Shown: positions 28,358 through 39,038, counted from the stretch's first letter. The stretch: 64,000 nucleotides of DNA from Candidatus Thorarchaeota archaeon (GCA_029858305.1 JAOUFI010000004.1:1-64000), one strand, 5' to 3'. Translations and numbers: made by a program. The notes: generated by a model from the letters alone, not told the origin.

Positions 28358-31285
28358 CTACAAATCGACATCTCTGTTCCTGAAATACCGTTTATAGAGC
28401 TCCACACCAAGAATAGTAGGCAACGCAAATAATATGCATATTAGCCAATCATAGAGGGTGAGGGGTATGATGTAGAAATTAAGTCCAACTGTTGAGAGAA
28501 TCTCATTTACCTGAGGGACATACATGAGTAGGAGATGGGCTAGATAGATGAGACCTAGGAATATTGCGAAGATCCAGGTTCCCGGTTCACGTAGACTCTT
28601 ATGGAGGGGTATGTTAATCCTACGGATTAGTAAGACTATTGTACTCTCAACAATCAAAATCACTGAAAGAAGCATCGAAGTTGCCTTTAGGAGTGTCCAG
28701 ATTGGATCTTCGGTGGAATAGATTGTTGTCCAGAAACCACTCACATTTTCAGGAGTCACTTCAACAATTCCTAGATAACCAGTAAAGGTCAGGAAGTACA
28801 CGACAGATGCGCCAACTGCCATTAGGATGACATTCAATGCCATAATCTTGCCTAGATTCCTAGTGATGATCCCTTGACTATCCCTAGGCTTGTCTTCCAT
28901 TGCTCGAGGTGACGTCCTATCAAAAACTAACGCAAGCCCGGGGAATGAGTGCGTGGTGACAACAAGATAGATCTGTTGCCAATAGGTCAGAATTTCTAGG
29001 TTTGGTAGAATGAAGAGAGCTCCAAAAAAGATAACGCTCTCAAAGAGATTGATGGCTATGTAGAAATAGATCATCATTCGAATCTTGTTGAAGAGACCTC
29101 GACCCTGGTGAACGCCAGACACAATTGATGCAAAACTGTCGTCAGTAATGACGATGTCTGCAGCTTCCTTTGCAACATCAGTACCTGTGATGCCCATCGC
29201 AATTCCAGCATCGCTCATAGCTAGGGCAAGGGCGTCGTTCACACCATCTCCGGTCATCGCGACAACTTTGTTCTGATCCTGATATCGTTCAACAATGATC
29301 TGCTTATGATCTGGATTAACCCGAGCAAAGACATTCGTTCGTGCAAAGTCTTCGTCACTGATATCATTAATCTTGGAACCTTCCGCAACAAGTGAATTCT
29401 GTTGAAAGACTCCAAGGTCTATAGCTATGGTCTTTGCTGTTGCCGCAGCATCGCCAGTAATCATGACGACATTGATCCCTGCGCTGTGACAGGCTTGGAC
29501 AGCCTCCTTGACGCCTTCTCGTGGAGGATCGACTATGCATGCAAATCCAAGATAAGTAAGACCACTTTCCGCAACATGGCGTGCTTTCTTGCCAGTCGGA
29601 ATGGAATCCATCTGTTTGTATGCAAGAGAAATTACGCGGTATCCTTTGGCTGCAAAATCATTCGTAAGATTAGTTACACGTTGGAGAAGACCGGGAGTCA
29701 TTCTTGTCGGATTGTCCTTTCCATTCGCATAATCACATAGTGGTATGAGAACTTCTGTGGCACCCTTCACAAATGTAATGAAGGAATCTCCATCTTGACA
29801 TATCTTTGACATCCTCTTCAGTTCTGATTCGAATGGGAACTCCTCAACAATTTTGTATCGTTCCTTGACTGCGACTTCATCTATTCCACTCTTTCTGAAG
29901 AGTGTTAGCAAAGCTGCGTCAGTAGGATCTCCAAGCGGAACCCATATTGTTCCCTGATCGGGGAGGTCTTCGGTTATTATTTCTGCATCATTTGCAAGTC
30001 CACCGCAATTGATTAGACGGAAGAGGCCTTTCCACGCAAACACATCATTGATTGGCTCTTCCTCAATATTACCAATATTGGAGCTCGTGGCACCCTTTAG
30101 ATGGCTGATACCACCTTGAGGATTATATCCATCACCCATGACAGAGAAGAGGTTCTCTGTGTCCCAGCAGTACTTGACAGTCATCTGGTTCTTAGTCATT
30201 GTACCAGTTTTATCACTGCATATGACACTTACTCGGCCAAGGCTCTCAACCGCTGAGAGGTCTCTAATGATAACACCTCTCTTGGCCATCGCCAGAACTC
30301 CCGTGAGAAGAACGATCGTAGTCAATAATGGGATGTTTATTGGCATGATTGTCATAGCACGTGTGATACCAGCTCCAATCCGTTCAGAGAGATATTGAAT
30401 ATTAAAATCAAAAGGATTCCCTCCCAGAATTGGGTAAAGGAATACTTGCCATAGAACTGAAATTGCCATGAGTAAGATTGCTGCGATTCCCAGGTATTTT
30501 GCTAAACGATTGACCTTTCTCCTTAGGGGAATATCGCCAGTGTTTAGAGCTTCGAGCGTTCCTTGAATCTTGCCAATCTCTGTACGACCACCAGTAGCTG
30601 TCGTAACAATGGTTGCCATCCCTGTTGCAACATACGTTCCGAAATAGACCATGTTCAATCTATCAGTAAGGGGAGAATCTTCACTGACGTGTGCATCCTC
30701 ACTCTTCATAACAGGAACGCTTTCTCCAGTTAGTGATGCTTCATTTGTCATCAGATTGGAAGAATTAATTACTCGTGCATCAGCTGGAATCCTGTCGCCC
30801 TGCTCTAGCTTCACAATGTCGCCAAAGACAATATCCAATGGTGAGATATAGGATTCTCTCCCATCTCTAATAACTCGAGCTTCTCCCGCTGAGAGTTTCT
30901 CCAGAGCTTCTAATTTTTTCTGAGCACGGAATTGTTGAATCATTGCAACAATAGCATTGACTGCAACAACAGCAAGCCATACACTCGCTCCACCTATAGT
31001 ATTAAGCTCAGATGGAAAGAGGAATGCAATTGTGATCAGTGCAAAAGAGCTTATGATATAGATAGTGATTAGCCAATTGAGAATGGGTGCGATGTACACC
31101 TGCCAAAATGCGCCTCTGTATCGAGGAATAGTATTTGGCCCAAACTCAGCAAGACGTTTCTTTGCTTCATCGACTGAAAGACCTCGGGTCGCATCAACGC
31201 CAATGAGATTGAGGACCTCCTCAAGAGGTTGCGAGTGATATTGCGCAGTTGTGCTGCTTTCTGTGATGGCATCGTCTAGTGACAA
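28358..31285 (-). CDS. P-type ATPase (P2-like scaffold, atypical transport-site residues)
   Basis: TGES, CSDKTGT, KGA, DPPR, MITGD, TGDGVND motifs. TM4 reads PINIP rather than PEGLP. Confidence 0.93.
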   Translation of the reverse strand: MSLDDAITESSTTAQYHSQPLEEVLNLIGVDATRGLSVDEAKKRLAEFGPNTIPRYRGAFWQVYIAPILNWLITIYIISSFALITIAFLFPSELNTIGGASVWLAVVAVNAIVAMIQQFRAQKKLEALEKLSAGEARVIRDGRESYISPLDIVFGDIVKLEQGDRIPADARVINSSNLMTNEASLTGESVPVMKSEDAHVSEDSPLTDRLNMVYFGTYVATGMATIVTTATGGRTEIGKIQGTLEALNTGDIPLRRKVNRLAKYLGIAAILLMAISVLWQVFLYPILGGNPFDFNIQYLSERIGAGITRAMTIMPINIPLLTTIVLLTGVLAMAKRGVIIRDLSAVESLGRVSVICSDKTGTMTKNQMTVKYCWDTENLFSVMGDGYNPQGGISHLKGATSSNIGNIEEEPINDVFAWKGLFRLINCGGLANDAEIITEDLPDQGTIWVPLGDPTDAALLTLFRKSGIDEVAVKERYKIVEEFPFESELKRMSKICQDGDSFITFVKGATEVLIPLCDYANGKDNPTRMTPGLLQRVTNLTNDFAAKGYRVISLAYKQMDSIPTGKKARHVAESGLTYLGFACIVDPPREGVKEAVQACHSAGINVVMITGDAAATAKTIAIDLGVFQQNSLVAEGSKINDISDEDFARTNVFARVNPDHKQIIVERYQDQNKVVAMTGDGVNDALALAMSDAGIAMGITGTDVAKEAADIVITDDSFASIVSGVHQGRGLFNKIRMMIYFYIAINLFESVIFFGALFILPNLEILTYWQQIYLVVTTHSFPGLALVFDRTSPRAMEDKPRDSQGIITRNLGKIMALNVILMAVGASVVYFLTFTGYLGIVEVTPENVSGFWTTIYSTEDPIWTLLKATSMLLSVILIVESTIVLLIRRINIPLHKSLREPGTWIFAIFLGLIYLAHLLLMYVPQVNEILSTVGLNFYIIPLTLYDWLICILFALPTILGVELYKRYFRNRDVDL

Positions 31286-31485
31286 AATCTATACCTCTCA
31301 AGGGTGCAGATGAGAAGCTGTTTGAGCAGATAAATGAAACTCGAATGAGCCCATCAGCCTAATACTATTCCTGAATGAGAAGAGCAACCTTTTGAAGCTT
31401 TTCAGTTTTGTTCAATTACTACTACGTCGATAGGTTCATGTATATAGGATGTTAGGCAAGAATATCGCACGCTATCTACTATTGA

Positions 31486-33465
31486 ATGGTGTATACCATG
31501 AGTTTTTACTGGGAGCCTGCAAGTACACAAAGACAATCCAAATCGAATGGAACGAAGATTATCGCACTTGTCATTATTCTCATGATTATAGTTTCTACTG
31601 GGATTGCACTGATTGTTAATTTTATCCCAAACAGTATAGGTCCTACTGAGCCTGTTAGGGTCGCTGTGCTTGATTCGGGTATTGATTCTGACTTATCTCT
31701 GCAAGGGAGGATTGTTGCGCAGCAGAGTTTCATAACATTACAGAATGGATATGAAATCGTAGATTCATCGGTCACGGATTCTAGGCCAGATGATGTTCCT
31801 CATGGTACTTTGATTGCCAAGCAGATTGCGCAAGCTCCGAACTCATTAATCCTTAATGGAAAGATATTGAGCACTGATGGCACTGCACCAACAGTAGCGC
31901 TAGTTGAAGCGATACATTGGGCCGTTGAGCAGAATGCAAGCGTGATCAACCTAAGTCTTGGTGGTGTACCAACTCTTGGCGACCCATCAGAGACAGCGAT
32001 TGATTGGGCTTTCTCTCAGGGAGTCATTGTTATCGTTTCGGCAGGAAATAGTGGAGATAGTGGACTAGCTGGAACAAGCATCGAATCACCAGCAGTCTAC
32101 AAGAACTGCCTGGCGGTTGGTGCATTGACAGATAATAATGAACCAGCGTTTTTCAGTTCTACTGGACCCGCAAATGGACACTATGTGAAGCCAGATATTA
32201 GCGCGTTAGGATACACAACTGGCAGTGATGGGACGAGGTACTATGGAACTAGTTTTGCGGCTCCGAGAGTCTCTGCAGCAGCTGCCGAATTGGTTGGATA
32301 CTCTATGGCGAACAACATCACCTGGTCCCCTGGTTCAATCATGACCGCTCTAATGAAGGGATCCACAGTTCTTAGTGATTATCAACCATATGAAGTAGGG
32401 GCTGGAAAACTGAGCATTCAGGGAGCTCTCAATCTCATCAAGCAATCTGTATCCACGAATGAACTGCCACCTATTAGTTACGCCTTCCCAGGAATATTAC
32501 CTATTGATTATGAAAGATTGTTTCAGGGAGATACATATCATTTCAATATCAGACTTTTCACAAGCGGAACGACAGTGTTCATTACAGAAGTTTACAGCAC
32601 AAACACATCATTGTTCATCATTGATGATGAGATCGAGGTGAATCAGATTGCTCTTGTTCCAGTCGCTGTAGATGTTCCAAATTCAGGGGTAGAGGAGATT
32701 GCAGGTACAATCACTTTCACTTCAGAAGACTTTGGTAATACCAGTGTCTTCATTAGCTTCCCAGTCGGAATTCCAAATGCTCGTGTTGCCTTTGATATCT
32801 CTCACACGGCATGGGACATTGACACAATCTATGGACAATTTAGAGAGTTCTACAAGGAACTAGTAAACAACAATATCTCGGTGACTGAGATTCGTAATAG
32901 TACTGCAACAACCTTAACAGTCTTGCAAGAATTTGATGCAATTGTACTTCTTGACCCGTGTGCCTATTCAATAAATGATACAGATCCAGAGCGTTCCACT
33001 TACTTCTCTCTTCCCTTTTCAGAGTCTGAAAAACAAGCCTATGAAGACTACTACGATGCAGGCGGTGGGCTTTTTGTAGTGGGGCTATCAAATTCTACTC
33101 TCAATGTCTCAGCCTTGAATGAGTTTCTCTCTTGGACTGGATTCTCATTCACAGAGGATGAAGTGCCAACTGGAGATACACCTACTATCATAGACACTAT
33201 AGATTCACATCCTATCACCAATGGTGTGAATAGATTTGACTATCTAGGAGCGACAATTCAGATTCCTGGTGATGGACACAGACTGGCACGTTATGTTGGA
33301 ATGCCAGTTTTGGGTTATAAAGAGGGAGCAGGCGGTGGAAAAATAGTGGTGATAGGAAGTAACTTTATGCTGGATAACTGGGGTCTCCTTGACGAGTATT
33401 CCACAATAAACGATAATGCGAGATTAGTACTTCAAATCGTTCTCTGGTGTGCAGGTAAGCTTTAG
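31486..33465 (+). CDS. Membrane-anchored S8 subtilase with C-terminal Site-1-protease-like domains
   Basis: VLDSG, HGT, AGN, GTSFAAP catalytic motifs; N-terminal TM segment; C-terminal alpha/beta domain (RVAFDISH...GGKIVVIG). Confidence 0.88.
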   Translation: MVYTMSFYWEPASTQRQSKSNGTKIIALVIILMIIVSTGIALIVNFIPNSIGPTEPVRVAVLDSGIDSDLSLQGRIVAQQSFITLQNGYEIVDSSVTDSRPDDVPHGTLIAKQIAQAPNSLILNGKILSTDGTAPTVALVEAIHWAVEQNASVINLSLGGVPTLGDPSETAIDWAFSQGVIVIVSAGNSGDSGLAGTSIESPAVYKNCLAVGALTDNNEPAFFSSTGPANGHYVKPDISALGYTTGSDGTRYYGTSFAAPRVSAAAAELVGYSMANNITWSPGSIMTALMKGSTVLSDYQPYEVGAGKLSIQGALNLIKQSVSTNELPPISYAFPGILPIDYERLFQGDTYHFNIRLFTSGTTVFITEVYSTNTSLFIIDDEIEVNQIALVPVAVDVPNSGVEEIAGTITFTSEDFGNTSVFISFPVGIPNARVAFDISHTAWDIDTIYGQFREFYKELVNNNISVTEIRNSTATTLTVLQEFDAIVLLDPCAYSINDTDPERSTYFSLPFSESEKQAYEDYYDAGGGLFVVGLSNSTLNVSALNEFLSWTGFSFTEDEVPTGDTPTIIDTIDSHPITNGVNRFDYLGATIQIPGDGHRLARYVGMPVLGYKEGAGGGKIVVIGSNFMLDNWGLLDEYSTINDNARLVLQIVLWCAGKL

Positions 33466-33697
33466 TAATGTCAAGGTGTATCATGGCACACTTTGATTGC
33501 CTTGAAACTTGTGTTTTAAATGTAGATGAGGATTAGTTGTAATTACTAACAACCTTTCCGAGTCGAAATCGGACTTGCTGGTGACTGAGGTTCACTCCAA
33601 AGTTGCCAGCTCACTCGACTCTTTTTTCAAATTAATTGTAATCTTGATGAAATCAGTATGTTTAACTTAGGGACATTGTGCCACGGGATTCCAGGAC

Positions 33698-34936
33698 GTG
33701 ATATTCCTCTTGGCACGAACAACACAAGCATCCTATGCAGTTTTGGCAGCCTGTACGATTTCACATTTCATAAATCACGTCTTCACAGGTGCATTATCCC
33801 CATTTTTAGAAGTGATACAGTCTGAACTTGGTATCAGTTACACGTTGATTGGAATTATTGCGAGCGCTGCAGTGGTTGCTATGACCACAGCACATCTTTT
33901 GGTTGGATATCTCGGGGACAAAGGGTACCGTGATGCATTCATCTCAATCAGCATTATCGGGGCAGCATTCGCAACACTACTGACCAGTTTTGCTCAGGAA
34001 TTTGTCTTTCTGACCATCTTTCAGATTTTCATGGGTATTGGTGCATCAGGATATCACCCAAGTTCATTTCCTGCCTTAGCAGAGAAGTTTCCCAATTCGG
34101 ATCGTGCAAAGGCCACAGGTATTCAGGCAATGGGTGGGCTTGTCGGGATGGCCATAACTCCATTTCTTGGTGTGACCTTGCTCATATTTCTTGGTTCTTG
34201 GCAAGGATCTCTACAAGTGCTTGCTATTCTAGGATTTGTCCTGTTTATCCCGACACTATTCCTAATGAGGCGCTCATCCAGTGAATCTAAAGACATGAAG
34301 GTCGTTGTAGAGTCCGAAGGACCTGAGGGCTGGACTCGAAATTTCTGGTTAGTTATTGTGCTCATGGGTCTTCGAGGAATGGCATTTCGATGTACATCTC
34401 TGTTGATGCCACTCTATCTTGTTGTCACATATGGTGCTAGCACAGTTTCTGCAGGAATACTTACTGCAATTATGCTGACCGCAGGCCTCTTTGGTGAAGT
34501 CGTTTCATCCATACTATCAGATAAACTGCATAATCGCGTTGCATTCCTTGTTGTTTCTACGGGTTTTGCAACACCAGCCCTCTTGTTGTTGAACTTCGCT
34601 CTAGAGCCTATAATGTTAATCCTAATTCTTGTTATCATCGGATTCTTCTTCTATCTAGGAGTTCCAGCGAATACTGCTCTACAGACAGAGATATCGCCAC
34701 GTAGGAAGAGAGGTTTAGCCTTTGGAATTATCTTTTCAATTGGCTCAATACCCGGAGCAGTGTCACCTATCATCTTTGGATACATTGGCGATCTATATGG
34801 ACTTGCAGCTTCAATACTGTTTCTTGTTGTCACAACCTTCCTAGCAACCATAGTTGCACTATTTCTGAAGGAAGAGAAGCTACAGAAAGGAGTAGTGCAG
34901 ATTGCCATGCCTGGGGAAGCAATATTACATCAATGA
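33698..34936 (+). CDS. MFS transporter
   Basis: About 12 TM helices; GYLGDK motif A, ASGYHP, R.RGLAFG. Confidence 0.9.
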   Translation: MIFLLARTTQASYAVLAACTISHFINHVFTGALSPFLEVIQSELGISYTLIGIIASAAVVAMTTAHLLVGYLGDKGYRDAFISISIIGAAFATLLTSFAQEFVFLTIFQIFMGIGASGYHPSSFPALAEKFPNSDRAKATGIQAMGGLVGMAITPFLGVTLLIFLGSWQGSLQVLAILGFVLFIPTLFLMRRSSSESKDMKVVVESEGPEGWTRNFWLVIVLMGLRGMAFRCTSLLMPLYLVVTYGASTVSAGILTAIMLTAGLFGEVVSSILSDKLHNRVAFLVVSTGFATPALLLLNFALEPIMLILILVIIGFFFYLGVPANTALQTEISPRRKRGLAFGIIFSIGSIPGAVSPIIFGYIGDLYGLAASILFLVVTTFLATIVALFLKEEKLQKGVVQIAMPGEAILHQ

Positions 34937-34989
34937 GCAAACCTTCACCTATAGGCAATCTGAAATAACATGCACCTCAGTGAATTGAC

Positions 34990-35832
34990 ATGTTTGATTA
35001 TCATGTCCATCCCGGATACTCAATAGACGCAGAAGGAAGTGTAGAGGACTTCTGTCATTCAGCTTTAGAGAGAGGACTCAAAGAAATCGCCTTCACAACT
35101 CATCTTGACACAGATACCTCAACAGATGATTGCTTTGTTGTGGTCCAAGGCGAGAGGGTAGAAACTCTTTCTGGAGGATGGTTGGAAGACTATGAAATGA
35201 CAATAAGAGCTGCAGAAGATAAGTATAGAGAGTTAGGACTGAAGGTTCTTCTGGGAGTCGAGGTGGACTATATCCCGAATGTGGAAAGTATCCTGCCAGA
35301 GCAATTCTATTCGACGGATTTTGATATAGTCCTAGGTTCAGCTCATCTTGTTGATCATATCGCAATATCTGCTGGTGACCGTGCACGGGAAGCCTTCAGA
35401 AGATACACAATTGAAGAGCTTGGAGAAAGATACTACGGTCTCCTTCTTGATGCAATAGAAACTGGACTCTTTGATATCATGTCTCATCTGGACCTCTATC
35501 GGAGATTTGGACAAGTCTTCTACGGTGAAAAAATTCGTGAGATATGGAGATCCTATCTCGATGATCTTGTTATGTCGATGAGAAGAAACAATGTTGGTTT
35601 TGAGATAAACACATCTCCTCTCAGAAGAGGGCAGGACGAACCCATGCCAGAGGAGAACATTGTCAGAGCACTGAAAGAATCAGGAGTGACGACTGCGACA
35701 GTGGGTTCTGATGCACACTCTCCAGACCATGTTGGAGTGGGTATTGAAAAGGCCATTCAGATACTCAAGAGAGTTGGGTTTTCCAGTGTTACAACATTTG
35801 ATCGTCGAATATCTAGTACACATGATATCTAG
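34990..35832 (+). CDS. PHP-family histidinol-phosphatase (HisK/HisJ-like)
   Basis: DYHVH, FTTH, GSAH, SHLD, EINTS, GSDAH. Confidence 0.85.
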   Translation: MFDYHVHPGYSIDAEGSVEDFCHSALERGLKEIAFTTHLDTDTSTDDCFVVVQGERVETLSGGWLEDYEMTIRAAEDKYRELGLKVLLGVEVDYIPNVESILPEQFYSTDFDIVLGSAHLVDHIAISAGDRAREAFRRYTIEELGERYYGLLLDAIETGLFDIMSHLDLYRRFGQVFYGEKIREIWRSYLDDLVMSMRRNNVGFEINTSPLRRGQDEPMPEENIVRALKESGVTTATVGSDAHSPDHVGVGIEKAIQILKRVGFSSVTTFDRRISSTHDI

Positions 35833-35892
35833 GATAGGCATTTAGTGCAAAAGACAGTTATCTGAGAGATGTATTGTCCACACGGTGATTCG

Positions 35893-36318
35893 ATGAGAAA
35901 CGTGAAGTCGTTTGTTCTATGTCTTATTGGCGGTATCCTGATGTTTTATGCTGGATTTGTGGGTAGTGTTGGAATCTGGGGAGACCTGATTGCTCTTGCA
36001 AACTCACTGGCTCCAGGATTTGCAGATGTCCTCTTTTGGGTTCTTATCATACTTCAGAACATCGCTACCCTCGGTGGTATTGCTGTGATTATCGGAGCAA
36101 TCTTGTTCACGACAGATAGAGTGGGAACTGGGAAGTTCATTATAGGAATAGCTGCAGGGATGGGCATCATCGGTCTCATATTCCTCATCTATGATATGTA
36201 CATGGCTTTGGGTGTCGATGCGCTTCTGGAGTTCTACAACTTGCTATCTAATTCAATGGGAATGCTCGGTGTGATCTTGACAATAATTGGTCGAATGATG
36301 GTCAAAAAACCCGAATAA
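35893..36318 (+). CDS. Small membrane protein
   Basis: About four Gly-rich hydrophobic helices. Confidence 0.75.
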   Translation: MRNVKSFVLCLIGGILMFYAGFVGSVGIWGDLIALANSLAPGFADVLFWVLIILQNIATLGGIAVIIGAILFTTDRVGTGKFIIGIAAGMGIIGLIFLIYDMYMALGVDALLEFYNLLSNSMGMLGVILTIIGRMMVKKPE

Positions 36319-36361
36319 TCCACTTGAGTAACTCTTATCCGAAGCCTATTGAGTACAAATC

Positions 36362-37003
36362 ATGGTTGACGTGACAGAGAACAGTGATAATGCAATTCAG
36401 AAAGCTGTAAAACTAATAGAAAATGGACTCTTCAAAGAAGCTATCGTAGAGCTCCGTGACTTCTTGCGGGATCACCCAGAGTCTATAGAAGGATGGTATA
36501 ATCTAGGTTACGCATTAACAGAAAATGAAGAATATGATGCAGCAAACAAGGCATATGATGAAGCCCTAGCGATTGACAATGGAATTTTTGCATTGTGGTT
36601 CAATAAGGGCACTGTATTCTATGAACAGAAGGATTTTGAGAATGCAAAGGAGTGTTATGAGAAAGCCCTCGAGATTGATCCGGAAGATGCTGAGGCATGG
36701 AACAACTTGGGAAATTGTTTTTCAAGACTAGCAGATGGAAGATCTGCAATTGATGCATATACTAGAGCTGTAGCACTAAGACCTGACTACGCAGAGGCCT
36801 TCTACAACAAAGCAAACGCACATTTCATCGAGGAAGAGGATGAAAAAGCAGTTGCATATGCTGAGCTTGCCCTTGAATTGAATCCAGCCTTAGAAGAAAA
36901 AATTAGTCAATGGATTCATGTTTCACGTAACAGGCTATTATCAAAGAGAGACCAAGAAGAGCATGAACGGAGAGTCAGAGAACGTTCAAAGCAAACAGAT
37001 TGA
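36362..37003 (+). CDS. TPR-repeat protein
   Basis: Canonical WYNLG/WFNKG/WNNLG TPR repeats. Confidence 0.92.
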   Translation: MVDVTENSDNAIQKAVKLIENGLFKEAIVELRDFLRDHPESIEGWYNLGYALTENEEYDAANKAYDEALAIDNGIFALWFNKGTVFYEQKDFENAKECYEKALEIDPEDAEAWNNLGNCFSRLADGRSAIDAYTRAVALRPDYAEAFYNKANAHFIEEEDEKAVAYAELALELNPALEEKISQWIHVSRNRLLSKRDQEEHERRVRERSKQTD

Positions 37004-37046
37004 TTGATTCATCAGACCTAAAAGGAGTAGAGGCACCGTACAGGTC

Positions 37047-37601
37047 ATGATTCCGGGTATGATTCCAGAGGAAACTTCTGAAGGATTCTCTCCACCGTAC
37101 AAATACATAATATTGATAGCGGCTCTAATTACTGTGGGGGGAGTAATATTGGCGTGGCTTGGAGGACAGGGTATTCTACCTCTCAATCCAGCAGTAACTT
37201 TGGGGATGAGTATTCTTCTAGCGACAATCGTCATTTGTTGTGCGGGCGTCATAATGCAAGGAACCTATGCATCAAGAATTGTCAATTATAGCGAGATGGA
37301 GCTCAGATACGAGGAGGGCATGGGACATTATGAAAATGAAGAGTGGGAGAATGCACTCCTTATCTTTACAGAGCTTGCAGGTCCAAAATTGGATCATAAA
37401 CGGGGAACATATTATTCAGCCTGCTGCTATGAAAAGCTTGGAGATTGGGAAAATGTCAAGAAATACACAAATGCCTACCTGAGGATGAAGCCAAAGGATG
37501 CAGAAGCCTGGGAGATGCTGTCTCGAGCCCACAAAACTCTTTTCGAATACGAAGAGGCGCAGTATGCCAGAGACCAAGCGGACAGGTTCAGAACTAGTTA
37601 A
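37047..37601 (+). CDS. Two-TM membrane protein with C-terminal TPR
   Basis: Two hydrophobic helices followed by TPR-like helices (CYEKLGDWE, P.DAEAW). Confidence 0.75.
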   Translation: MIPGMIPEETSEGFSPPYKYIILIAALITVGGVILAWLGGQGILPLNPAVTLGMSILLATIVICCAGVIMQGTYASRIVNYSEMELRYEEGMGHYENEEWENALLIFTELAGPKLDHKRGTYYSACCYEKLGDWENVKKYTNAYLRMKPKDAEAWEMLSRAHKTLFEYEEAQYARDQADRFRTS

Positions 37602-37725
37602 GAAGCTCTTCAATTACGTAGATAATGCTGGAGAAGGTCTCTCGAGAAATTGTAGCTGGTGGACATGAATTTCAATTCAATCAAGTTCGCCGATGACGGT
37701 CTCCAAGAAATCTAAGCTATACTAA

Positions 37726-38634
37726 TTAGCATTCAATAACCGGATTACGCAAGAATCCAATCTTCTCAATGAATTGTTCTACTACATCGCCTGATTTCAG
37801 AAACTCTGGCGGATTTCTCACAAATCCGACTCCAGAGGGAGTTCCAGTAGCAATCACATCGCCCGGCTCGAGTGTGAATGACTTCGAGAGGTGAGCAATA
37901 ATTTGTGGAACACTGAAGATCATCTTTGATGTTGTTGAATTCTGTTTTATTACACCGTTGATTTTCGTTATCATCTTAAGGTCGGAACCATCACCCAGCT
38001 CGTCTCGTGTGACAATACAAGGGCCCATGGGACAGAAGCTGTCCAGAGATTTAGAACGTACATACTGTCTATCGCTGTGTTGAAGATCTCTCGCACTCAC
38101 ATCGTTGATGATTGTGTATCCAGCAATGAAGTCTAGGGATTGGTCCTCCTCGACATCTTTACACATCTTGCCTATTACTACCGCAAGCTCAACCTCCCAG
38201 TCTATCTGTTTCGATATTTTCGGTATCTGTATAGGATCATTAGGACCAATTACACATGATGGAAACTTAGCAAAGACTACCGGAAACGTGGGAACTTCAG
38301 TCCCGGTCTCTTTGATATGATCAAGATAGTTACGCCCGACAGCAATAATTTTCCCTGGCCGTGGTATTGGAGCTTCCAGTGTCAGTGAGCTCGGTTCCCG
38401 GGTGAGAAGACGTTCTTCATTCGGTGATTGTTCATGTCGTTTGACAATCTGACTTACAACTTCAATACCTGATTCCCAATTCAGGAGATCCAGCATGGTT
38501 GTCGGAAAACTCTGACCATGAACGTGATACTTCCTGCCAAAGTAAGAGGCCGCATCTGGAATGTCAAGAATCCCTGATTCTATGTGCACACCAATGGAAG
38601 GCACGCCCATTCGTGAGTATGTGACCAATCGCAT
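37726..38634 (-). CDS. Fumarylacetoacetate hydrolase family protein
   Basis: VGRNY..H, DWEVEL, NDVSARD, KSLDSFCPMGP, GDVIATGTP. Confidence 0.93.
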   Translation of the reverse strand: MRLVTYSRMGVPSIGVHIESGILDIPDAASYFGRKYHVHGQSFPTTMLDLLNWESGIEVVSQIVKRHEQSPNEERLLTREPSSLTLEAPIPRPGKIIAVGRNYLDHIKETGTEVPTFPVVFAKFPSCVIGPNDPIQIPKISKQIDWEVELAVVIGKMCKDVEEDQSLDFIAGYTIINDVSARDLQHSDRQYVRSKSLDSFCPMGPCIVTRDELGDGSDLKMITKINGVIKQNSTTSKMIFSVPQIIAHLSKSFTLEPGDVIATGTPSGVGFVRNPPEFLKSGDVVEQFIEKIGFLRNPVIEC

Positions 38635-38698
38635 GATATCATAGGTCCAACCAACTCATTTATTCGTAATGGTAACAAACACGTCATAGTGATTACGC

Positions 38699-39028
38699 AT
38701 GACGAATGAACCATCACTTGATGAGTTACCCGACAAGGTTTTCGTTGCCCTAGGCAGAAGAGGTATGGAGGGTATTCCTCTAAAAGAATGTACGTACGAG
38801 TGTGATGGAAAAGAGCTTCGTTTCCTCAAATTCAGCAAGAGCAAAGACTATCTCAAGGGACAAGGTGTTGAAGAGGTAGTCGAGGACTGGCTTGTTGAGT
38901 GTATGAAATGTGGCAAACCTTTCACAATCCGATGCATCATCAGATATGCAGAGGGAGAAAGGATAGATACAAGAGTAGACATTATAGATGATACTGGCAA
39001 GAATCTTGGTTGGCTAGGAAGCTATTAG
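38699..39028 (+). CDS. Hypothetical small protein with putative Zn site
   Basis: CTYEC and CMKC; lies 10 nt upstream of the dehydrogenase gene. Confidence 0.7.
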   Translation: MTNEPSLDELPDKVFVALGRRGMEGIPLKECTYECDGKELRFLKFSKSKDYLKGQGVEEVVEDWLVECMKCGKPFTIRCIIRYAEGERIDTRVDIIDDTGKNLGWLGSY

Positions 39029-39038
39029 GTGAGTTGAA

